This document shows positions 43,460-51,471 of a stretch of DNA of 64,000 bases, in pieces; positions within the stretch are counted from its first letter, which is position 1; each line of letters begins with the position of its first letter. Made by a program: the position numbers and the translations under genes. Source of the DNA: Candidatus Poribacteria bacterium. Lineage in GTDB: Bacteria; Poribacteria; WGA-4E; WGA-3G. The stretch lies in assembly GCA_003635195.1 (NCBI GenBank), contig PYIY01000075.1, positions 27,608-91,607 on the forward strand, in the 5' to 3' direction. Below the pieces are notes generated by a model, which was not told the origin of the DNA, did not search any database, and saw only the letters and a program-made list of their open reading frames with translations.

Positions 43460-44458
43460 ATGGCAAATTTACGCGTTGGGGTTATTGGGTGTAGCGGTAT
43501 CGGCACGACACATGCATCGGGGATCGTCGGTCTGCCGAATGTTGAGTTAGCCGCGGGCTGCGATTTTGTTCAGAGTACGTTAGATGCTTTCAAAGAGAAA
43601 TATCAGGACAATTGGGACAACATTTCTCTATATACTAACCATCAGGAGATGCTTGCTGCTGAGAATTTAGATGTCGTGACGGTGGCAACGTCTGATCATC
43701 GGCACGCCGACCTCGTCGTTGACGCGGCGAATGCCGGTGTAAAGGGTATCTTCTGTGAAAAGCCGATGGCAACGAGTGTTGAAGATGCGGACAGGATGAT
43801 GGAGGCAACAGAGCGAAACGGTACCATTCTGTCAATCGATCACACCCGTCGGTGGCAACCGTTGTGGCGGCATACGCACGATGTGATTGTCGGTGGTGGA
43901 CGTATCGGCGATGTCCAGTATGTCATCGGCACGTTGAGCGGCGGACGCGCAATGCTTTTCCGTAACGGAACGCACCTCGTTGATGCGATCTGCTATTTCG
44001 CTGACTCAGAACCCGAATGGGTCTCTGCCGAATTAGAGGACGGCTACGAGGATTATAACGAGTATAAAGGCGATGGTGGACATGTACCAGCAACCGAACC
44101 GTCGGCACACGGATATATCCACTTTGCGAACGGTGTGCGCGGCTATTATGCGGGTGGACCGAAGACGACCCTCTCTGGGTTCCGTGTAGAGATTGTCGGC
44201 ACCAACGGTTATATTCTCATCAGTGACAAGGGAGCAACGCTCCACCAAGACGATGCCGTTGAGACGATTGAGGCACCATCATGGGATATGACGGGTATCC
44301 CCGCAGGTGTTCGAGAGTTAGTAGGTCTTGTTGCAGAGGGTGGTCAACCTGTTTCGCCTGGGAGTGAGGGTTACAAAGTCGTCCAGATTATCATCGGCTT
44401 CTTAACCTCGCAGCAGCGTGATAACGGGAAAGTCAAACTGCCGTTGTCGGGTGGTTAG
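43460..44458 (+). CDS. Gfo/Idh/MocA-family NAD(P)-dependent oxidoreductase
   Basis: The Rossmann motif is LRVGVIGCSGIGTTH, and the EKP motif is GIFCEKPMA. GGGAGG lies 8 nt before ATG 43460. Confidence 0.85.
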   Translation: MANLRVGVIGCSGIGTTHASGIVGLPNVELAAGCDFVQSTLDAFKEKYQDNWDNISLYTNHQEMLAAENLDVVTVATSDHRHADLVVDAANAGVKGIFCEKPMATSVEDADRMMEATERNGTILSIDHTRRWQPLWRHTHDVIVGGGRIGDVQYVIGTLSGGRAMLFRNGTHLVDAICYFADSEPEWVSAELEDGYEDYNEYKGDGGHVPATEPSAHGYIHFANGVRGYYAGGPKTTLSGFRVEIVGTNGYILISDKGATLHQDDAVETIEAPSWDMTGIPAGVRELVGLVAEGGQPVSPGSEGYKVVQIIIGFLTSQQRDNGKVKLPLSGG

Positions 44459-44498
44459 TATTACTCTTTCATCCGAGTATTCTAATAGGGAAAACACT

Positions 44499-44993
44499 AT
44501 GAAAGGAACTTTCAACTCTGAAACGTTCAAAAAGACGTTTCTGTCCTATTTGATAGTGTTAAGTGTGACTTGGGGCGTTTTAGTCCTCTCAGGATTTGGA
44601 TTCCCGTTAGTATTAAAGGCGATACCACATTCCCGTCTGGCTATTGGCGAAATTGTATCAGGTATTACCGCAATCGGTTTCGTTGCAATCGGTTCGCTGT
44701 CTATAGGTATTGTTTCTATCGGGATTATCTCAGTGGGTGTTTTTGCTTGCGGTGCTACGGCTTGTGGCATTATCGCTTTCGGGACAGGAGCAGTCGGTGT
44801 TATCGCGATTGGCATGAATGCTGTGGGAGTTGTTGCGATTGGATACAACGCTATGGGTATCTATACGTTATCTTATAGAGTCAAAAACAGGGGCAGATAT
44901 ATATTTTCGCCAGAACGCCAAGATGCTAAAGCCGTAGTATTGTTTACACGCTGGATGCCAAAATTGAAGAATGCGTTTATAACAGAAAGTTAA
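44499..44993 (+). CDS. Small membrane protein with reiterated (A/V)(I/V)G glycine-zipper-like repeats
   Basis: ATG 44499 lies downstream of the upstream gene's stop. The repeat run reads AIGFVAIGSLSIGIVSIGIISVGVFACGATACGIIAFGTGAVGVIAIGMNAVGVVAIGYNAMG. Confidence 0.55.
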   Translation: MKGTFNSETFKKTFLSYLIVLSVTWGVLVLSGFGFPLVLKAIPHSRLAIGEIVSGITAIGFVAIGSLSIGIVSIGIISVGVFACGATACGIIAFGTGAVGVIAIGMNAVGVVAIGYNAMGIYTLSYRVKNRGRYIFSPERQDAKAVVLFTRWMPKLKNAFITES

Positions 44994-46075
44994 TCGGTTT
45001 TCAAAACGATTGCGTTTTCTGGTGTCCATTGTAGATAGACTTTGTCGCCGCGTTGAAAGCGGTGTGTGTCTCTCGCGCCTGTGTTCTGTTGGTGTGCGAT
45101 GAGTGGGGTCGGGTAGCCTGTTTGCACGGTGTATTGCAGCGTCGTACCGAGGTAACTTTCATCTTGGATCACGCCGCGTAAGAAATTAGGGGCATTGGAG
45201 GTAAGGGTTGTCCGCAAGTCAAAACGTTCTGGACGAATCGCTATGGTGACAGGTGTGTTCAATGGCACGTCACTATTCGGCACGCAGACAACCTTAAGCG
45301 GTGGTTCTGTCGTCAAGGCGATTTCATTCTCGCTGATGAGTGTGCCTTCAAGGAAGTTGGAGGTGCCGATAAAGTCTGCGACGAAGCGGCTCTGGGGTGA
45401 ATCGTAGATTTCGGACGGTGTTCCGACCTGAAGGATTTTTCCATCGTTCATCACTGCCATGCGATCTGACAGCGCTAACGCCTCGCCTTGATCGTGTGTA
45501 ACGTAGACAAATGTGATGCCGACTTTGCGTTGCAACGCCTTGAGTTCCAATTGCATCTGTTTTCGGAGTTTCAGATCAAGTGCGGAGAGCGGTTCGTCTA
45601 ACAGCAGGATGGTCGGTTCATTAATGAGCGCGCGTGCGAGTGCGACGCGCTGCCTCTCGCCACCGGAGAGTTCGCTCGGTTTCCGATCATCGTATCCCGG
45701 CAACTGAATTAAATCCAATGAACGTTCAACGGCATCTGAAGTTTCTGCTTTCGATGCCTTTTTCATTTGTAGTCCGAATGCGATGTTTTGTGCGACTGTT
45801 TTATGTGGGAACAAGGCGTAGTTTTGGAAAACCGTGTTGACTGGGCGGCGGTAGGGTGGTGTTTCTGCCATCATTTCGTCGTCAATATAGATCTCCCCAG
45901 CAGTAGGATATTCAAACCCGCCGATGATGCGCAGCGTTGTCGTTTTTCCGCACCCGCTCGGTCCGAGTAGCGAAAAGAATTCACCACCCTCTATCTGTAG
46001 TGATACATCATCAACTGCGATTGTGTCGCCGAACCGTTTTGTTACAGATGTGAGGGTAATCTGTCCTATTGACAT
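44990..46075 (-). CDS. ABC transporter ATP-binding protein (PotA/FbpC/MalK-type with TOBE-like C-terminus), no cognate permease in the window
   Basis: It has Walker A GPSGCGKTT, the signature LSGGERQRVALARAL, and Walker B ILLLDEPLSALD. Confidence 0.85.
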   Translation of the reverse strand: MSIGQITLTSVTKRFGDTIAVDDVSLQIEGGEFFSLLGPSGCGKTTTLRIIGGFEYPTAGEIYIDDEMMAETPPYRRPVNTVFQNYALFPHKTVAQNIAFGLQMKKASKAETSDAVERSLDLIQLPGYDDRKPSELSGGERQRVALARALINEPTILLLDEPLSALDLKLRKQMQLELKALQRKVGITFVYVTHDQGEALALSDRMAVMNDGKILQVGTPSEIYDSPQSRFVADFIGTSNFLEGTLISENEIALTTEPPLKVVCVPNSDVPLNTPVTIAIRPERFDLRTTLTSNAPNFLRGVIQDESYLGTTLQYTVQTGYPTPLIAHQQNTGARDTHRFQRGDKVYLQWTPENAIVLKTD

Positions 46076-46113
46076 TTTTTTAAATATTGGGTTTTCGCTC
46101 CGATTTCAGCATC

Positions 46114-47379
46114 TTAAAAATTGCGATTATGCGTCCTCTGACAAACAACGATGTTTTCTTCGTGCATCGTTGTGGAGGTTTCACCTGCAACGTTGGAAGG
46201 GCTGTTCTTCTTCGGCATCCGCTTGTTTGGTATGTTTCTGACGATGGTCGCCTTATGCGTAAAACCGTGCTGACGAAAGGCATCAACGATAAATTCGTCG
46301 GTCGGCAGCATAACCTCTTTGACTCGGCGATTGCCTACGACATAACAGATTGTAGCATGTCGTGAAAGTACTTGAACTATTGAATTGATGCTACACCTAA
46401 GGTCAATGTAAAATGCTGACACCTCCCGCGCTCGCTTTTCATCGACTAAACGGATTTTGTCAATAGCGGGTGATATTGGAGAATCCTTCAATATTTTTTT
46501 TGAATGCTGTCCGCCCATTGCGAGTTTGTCAATTTTGCGAGCATTCGGCAAACCTATCCATTCCGCTGCCAGCCGCGAATATTGTCCGTACGCCACCGTG
46601 GTCTGTGAATCTCCATACGGCGGAGATGTAATCACGACATCATAGCCTCCGAGAGGTCGAGGCATTGGGAGTTCACCTTGGACTGTGTTTGCTTCGGATA
46701 CCAATACCTCAACGTTTTTCCGTTTTTCGAGGAACGCTGCTAAGCCGTGCCGATTTCTGCTGAGTTTCTTGCTAAAGATACCGAACACGTCAGGTTTGAA
46801 GCCTTCAAGTTTTTCGACAGGCATGCGATATAATTTAAACTCTCCGTTCCGCGTATACGATACCTCTCGAACCGTCTCTGAAAACGCGACCAGTATGAAG
46901 TTTCGGACGGCTTCATCTTCTACCTTGTTAATCCAAGCGCGTAGATACGCGAGATATCTAATAACTTCTTCGGAGAACCAATACGCAAGGTTCGGAATCT
47001 CAGGAATCGGAGCGTCAGGGACCCTGCCTTCTTGGAATTCAACCTGAAAGAGATCATCATTTAACTTGCCGAGTGTTTCATCTAAAGTCGATGGACAAAT
47101 CTGTGTTGACTTAGCAGTTGCTATCAGGCGTACGAGAGGGTTAATATCACATCCAACACTGTGCATGCCGCATAGGGATGCTTCAACCAGCGAGGTGCCG
47201 GTGCCACAATAGGGGTCAAGCAGCCATCCACCGTCTGCGCCATACGTTTTAAGAAGTTTCCGCGCAATTTGCGGAATCATCATTGCCGGGTACGTGTGGA
47301 AGCAGTGCGTGTATTCTTTGGTATCAGATTCTCGAAAGTCCCACGATTCGTCTTTATATTTTAGATTGTCGGTGCTCAT
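46114..47379 (-). CDS. Type II DNA methyltransferase (exocyclic amino MTase, N4-C or N6-A; SPPY motif)
   Basis: Motif I is LLDPYCGTGTSLVEA and motif IV is VVITSPPYGD. Its start overlaps the upstream REase stop as ATGA. Confidence 0.8.
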   Translation of the reverse strand: MSTDNLKYKDESWDFRESDTKEYTHCFHTYPAMMIPQIARKLLKTYGADGGWLLDPYCGTGTSLVEASLCGMHSVGCDINPLVRLIATAKSTQICPSTLDETLGKLNDDLFQVEFQEGRVPDAPIPEIPNLAYWFSEEVIRYLAYLRAWINKVEDEAVRNFILVAFSETVREVSYTRNGEFKLYRMPVEKLEGFKPDVFGIFSKKLSRNRHGLAAFLEKRKNVEVLVSEANTVQGELPMPRPLGGYDVVITSPPYGDSQTTVAYGQYSRLAAEWIGLPNARKIDKLAMGGQHSKKILKDSPISPAIDKIRLVDEKRAREVSAFYIDLRCSINSIVQVLSRHATICYVVGNRRVKEVMLPTDEFIVDAFRQHGFTHKATIVRNIPNKRMPKKNSPSNVAGETSTTMHEENIVVCQRTHNRNF

Positions 47380-48065
47380 ATCAGTTTTTCTCGTTTACCA
47401 AAGCATAGATTCCAAAATCTTTCGTCAATTCTGAAACCCGTTCCGTGATTTCTGACGACCCTATTTTCTCGCAGATGCATTCTAACATCAACGATTATGA
47501 TGTCTTTCTTAATGAGATCCAAAAAATTATCCTCGTCTGGTTCGGTTAATAGATATGCCTCCTTGAACCAAAATTCTTCCTTTTGATCTGAATTAATACG
47601 AGTGTCTGCATTCACAATAATCAGGGAAGGCATCTTACTTCTGAATCTATCAATCAAACGTTCTCCCGACCACTCAGCAACAAGGGTTCCATCTACATGA
47701 TAAAGCCGGACGATTTCATGCTCAACTGTTACGAAAAGTCCCTGGTTATTCGGTTTGCTGTTGGCAGTGCAGTATAGGGATGGTCGACCATTTGTATCTA
47801 TATAGCCATATTTCTCAATCAATTCCTTCGTTTTTATTTTCCAAACCCCACGATTGAAGGTAAACATGGTTACCCGATTGTTGACTCCAATTCTCTGAGA
47901 TTTCAGTTCTATATCTCCAAAATCAGGAGTTTTAAGGTTATTTTCCTCCAATCCAAGTAAAGTTTCCAATGTATAGCCTATGCCAGTGTTGTTTTTTCGT
48001 AGTGAAACAACATAGCCCATCTGGTTAATTTCAGATAGTTTGTCTTTTAATTGGGCTATATTCAT
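47376..48065 (-). CDS. MvaI/BcnI-family type IIP restriction endonuclease
   Basis: TGIGYTLETLLGLEENNLKTPDFGDIELKSQR and FWFKEAYLLTE ... IIIVDVRMH ... RNHGTGFRI are collinear with BcnI as I recall its sequence. Confidence 0.7.
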   Translation of the reverse strand: MNIAQLKDKLSEINQMGYVVSLRKNNTGIGYTLETLLGLEENNLKTPDFGDIELKSQRIGVNNRVTMFTFNRGVWKIKTKELIEKYGYIDTNGRPSLYCTANSKPNNQGLFVTVEHEIVRLYHVDGTLVAEWSGERLIDRFRSKMPSLIIVNADTRINSDQKEEFWFKEAYLLTEPDEDNFLDLIKKDIIIVDVRMHLRENRVVRNHGTGFRIDERFWNLCFGKREKLI

Positions 48066-48074
48066 AGAAGTGCC

Positions 48075-49520
48075 TTAATCCGTTGACAAAACTCGGGCGA
48101 GGATCTGATTTACGAGTTGTGGATTCGCCTTTCCGCGAGTGGCGCGCATCACCTGTCCCACGAGGAATCCGATCGCTTTCTTCGTGCCGTCACGATAATC
48201 TTGGGCGGGACCAGGGTTCTCCTCAACAACCTGTAAGACAATGGCTTCTATCTCTGAGGTATCCGTAATTTGTGCTAAGCCCTTTTCAGCGACAATCTCT
48301 TTTGGCATTTTGCCTGTCTCAAAGGCATCATCAAGCACAGATTTGGCAATCTTGCCGCTGATGGTCGCGTTGTCAATCAATTGGATGAGTTGACTGAGAT
48401 GTGTTGGCGTGATTTTTGAATCTTGGATCTCAATTTCTTCCGTGTTGAGAAGTCGGGTGAGGTCCCCCATAATCCAGTTCGCACAGGTTGTCGGTTCGCT
48501 GCTGAGTTGTGCGGCTTCGTCAAAAAATTCAGCGAGGGCTCGGGTAGTCGTCAGGAACTCGGCGTTTTCGGCGGAGATGCCGTAATCTGCAATAAAACGT
48601 TTGCGCCGCGCTGCGGGGAGTTCGGGGAGCGTCGGTTGAACCTCCTGAATCCATTCATCACTTATCTCAACGTGAACGAGATCAGGTTCAGGGAAGTAGC
48701 GATAGTCGTCTGCTTCTTCCTTGCCGCGCATCGCTACGGTTTTACCTGTACTTGGATCAAACAAGAGCGTTTCTTGGACGACCTCTTCGCCGGCATCCAA
48801 AATCCGCGCCTGGCGTTTCACTTCGTACTCCATCGCATCTATCAGTTCTTGGAACGAGTTTTTGTTCTTGATCTCTGTGCGCGTGCCCAGTTCTTTACTG
48901 CCCTTGGGTCGTAGAGAAAGGTTCGGTTCGCATCGTAGACTGCCCTCTTCCATGTTACAATCGCTGACCTCAATATATTCTAAGATTTCTTTAACGGCGC
49001 GACAGTAGGCAATCGCCTCTTCAGGGGAGTGGAGTTCAGGTTCGCTTACGATTTCAAGGAGTGGGACACCTGCGCGATTGAAGTCCATGAAACTACGGGT
49101 CGGATCGCCTGTAACTTCGGCGTGGATAGATTTACCTGCATCCTCTTCTAAGTGGATTCTGCGGAGCGCAATGGTGCGAGGCTCTCCTTCAAATTCAAAT
49201 GTTACTTGTCCATTTTGGCACACTGGAATGTCGTATTGCGAAATCTGGTAGTTCTTCGGCAGGTCTGGGTAGAAATAGTTCTTCCGATCAAATTTGCTGG
49301 CGGTGGTAATTTCACATGCCATCGCCAAACCGGCGCGAACCGCAAACTCGACGGCGCGTCTATTGACGACCGGTAATGTTCCGGGCATCCCTAAGCAGAT
49401 GGGGCAGGTGCAGTCGTTCGCCGCTGCACCGAAGGTATAGGCGCAATTACAGAAGAGTTTACTTTCTGTGCATAACTCGGCGTGGATTTCCAAACCGATA
49501 ACGATTTCATATTTTTCCAT
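48075..49520 (-). CDS. gatB: Asp-tRNA(Asn)/Glu-tRNA(Gln) amidotransferase subunit B
   Basis: The N-terminus is YEIVIGLEIHAEL. It is collinear with GatB over its full length and has a YqeY-like tail. Confidence 0.95.
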   Translation of the reverse strand: MEKYEIVIGLEIHAELCTESKLFCNCAYTFGAAANDCTCPICLGMPGTLPVVNRRAVEFAVRAGLAMACEITTASKFDRKNYFYPDLPKNYQISQYDIPVCQNGQVTFEFEGEPRTIALRRIHLEEDAGKSIHAEVTGDPTRSFMDFNRAGVPLLEIVSEPELHSPEEAIAYCRAVKEILEYIEVSDCNMEEGSLRCEPNLSLRPKGSKELGTRTEIKNKNSFQELIDAMEYEVKRQARILDAGEEVVQETLLFDPSTGKTVAMRGKEEADDYRYFPEPDLVHVEISDEWIQEVQPTLPELPAARRKRFIADYGISAENAEFLTTTRALAEFFDEAAQLSSEPTTCANWIMGDLTRLLNTEEIEIQDSKITPTHLSQLIQLIDNATISGKIAKSVLDDAFETGKMPKEIVAEKGLAQITDTSEIEAIVLQVVEENPGPAQDYRDGTKKAIGFLVGQVMRATRGKANPQLVNQILARVLSTD

Positions 49521-49620
49521 GGATTTACTCTCGTTTTAGATGGCTACTACGATAAACAGCGCGAGCACCCACCTTGAGATGCAAAGCAGGACATCTCGCG
49601 CCATAATAAAATAAAACTTC

Positions 49621-50394
49621 CTATAAACCCTTCTCCGACAATTCGTTGACCACAGCGACATTCGCTTCCACTTCACTCTCCGAGGTCATGCCAATCGTCA
49701 TTGCGTGGACACACGGTAGTCCCATCACGAATTCGATTGCTTCGCGTTGGCTCTCAGCGTCTGTAGCCAATTTACCCATGCCTAAGACTTTCATACCGTA
49801 AATACCCTTGCCTGCAAATGCCATCTGTTCCATCGTTCGGATCACGTCCGCGGGGGATGCGTCCATGCTAACGCCGGCGTGGTTAATCCGAGCCAGGACA
49901 ACGTCAACCCATTCCGTCATTGCGGATGTTTGAAATGCCCCGTAGTCGTGGCAAGAGACACCGTGTGCACGGATCAATCCCTGCTCTTTACAACGGACGA
50001 GTGCTTCCATTGCATCTGGATAGCGTTGTGGCCAGTCTACTTGTGTGAGGCAGTGGAGCAGCACAATATCCACATAATCGGAGCCGATTTCTTTAAGAAA
50101 CCGTTTCACGTCTGCTTCTACTGTTTCCCGTGTGCGGGATGTTGTCTTTGTGGTGATAGTGACACTTTCTCGCGGTAATGCTTCAAGTGCCGCTTTGACA
50201 TGTGGATGGCTACCATATTGGTCGGCGGAATCCCAAAATGTTACGCCTTTTTCGTGTGAAAATAGCAGTAGGTCCCGGAACGTTTCAAATCCTAAATCTG
50301 TCTGATTTGAACGACCATTCCAGCCATTCGATCCGGTACCTATCGAAAGTCGTGAGACATTTAAACCTGTTTTCCCAAGTGCTACAATTTCCAT
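49621..50394 (-). CDS. Aldo/keto reductase-family oxidoreductase
   Basis: It shows an AKR-like pattern (FWDSADQYG, DIVLLHC, HGVSCH) over 257 aa. Confidence 0.7.
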   Translation of the reverse strand: MEIVALGKTGLNVSRLSIGTGSNGWNGRSNQTDLGFETFRDLLLFSHEKGVTFWDSADQYGSHPHVKAALEALPRESVTITTKTTSRTRETVEADVKRFLKEIGSDYVDIVLLHCLTQVDWPQRYPDAMEALVRCKEQGLIRAHGVSCHDYGAFQTSAMTEWVDVVLARINHAGVSMDASPADVIRTMEQMAFAGKGIYGMKVLGMGKLATDAESQREAIEFVMGLPCVHAMTIGMTSESEVEANVAVVNELSEKGL

Positions 50395-50516
50395 TAAATT
50401 TCTGTTCTTAAAAACCTATGTTTTTCTGAAGAAACCCATAGAATTCTTAAAGGGTCCTTAATCCCCTGTTACGACACCCGTCAGTGTCTTAGCCTACCTA
50501 CACCCAATGCAACCTG

Positions 50517-50720
50517 CTACGTGGCAGAAGGTATAAGCGACTTGCTTGCACCAAGGTTCGCGGTGCAAGGACGAACTGTCAAAGCACGCGCGACATAACG
50601 CCTTTGTCCACCCGGCGTTCTAATCGTAGAGATTGTGCCATTCTCTGCCAAGCGTCGGAGTCTGCCTATAGAAATACCGAGAATCTCCGATGTTTCTCGT
50701 GGTGTTTTATAGTGTTTCAT
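50517..50720 (-). CDS. Excisionase/MerR-type helix-turn-helix DNA-binding protein
   Basis: The motif is YKTPRETSEILGISIGRLRRLAENGTISTIRTPGGQRRY. ATG 50720 is preferred over 50744. Confidence 0.6.
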   Translation of the reverse strand: MKHYKTPRETSEILGISIGRLRRLAENGTISTIRTPGGQRRYVARALTVRPCTANLGASKSLIPSAT

Positions 50721-51471
50721 ACGATAATTAGGCCACAAAAACACAGAAAAAACAAGAAACCCATAGAAAAAGAACTATTTAGGAACTGCTCCTTACTGCT
50801 GAAAATGTGCTTTCAATCTGAATCGGACAGTCGGTTAAGTCTGAGTTAATAGTGTAACATAACGCCCTGAAATTTAGCAAGCGATTTCTATTATTCATGA
50901 ATGTGCCTACCCTCATTTACTTTTTTGTTGCTTTTTGCCAGTGATAAACGTTACAATTGAAAGTAAGAAGGTAAAACGCATCATCGGTCTATTGAATCTG
51001 TCCAAAACAATATCAGGAAGGTTCAAAGAAGGAGTGAAATGAAACATGTGATAGACCCCGCCCTAAAGGGCGAGGCTTCCGCAAAGTTATGCGAAAGCAC
51101 TTGTGGCTTCAAACAACATTGCGATTGATTTGAGAATGCCAAAAACAACCGGCTTACTATGCCTAAGCACAAAGGACGCTAACCCGCCCTCGCACCGAAG
51201 TGCCTTATGAACATTTTGATGTGTTGTCAAAGGTTATTAACCTTTGGACATTCTCTTGGGATTCGCCATGACGCGTCTTTCCCGAACACATGTCAAGCAT
51301 ATTTTAGATATTTATGAGGTGTATAGGCTTTTACGTAGTTGTCTCAATATCAAGCAATATACCAGTGCATCAACTCACAACCCATGCCGAATACAATAGA
51401 TATTATAGCAAATTCAGCAACTTATATCAAGGAGAAATAGCGTCTACATCTCCAAGCTGAAGCATGGAGTT

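Noticed and set aside
43093-43494. 133-aa ORF translating the 39-bp repeat (RLTVSYATSDTL three times)
   Set aside because: It has no RBS and overlaps the well-supported oxidoreductase start. The repeat periodicity is a DNA feature, so it is most likely non-coding.
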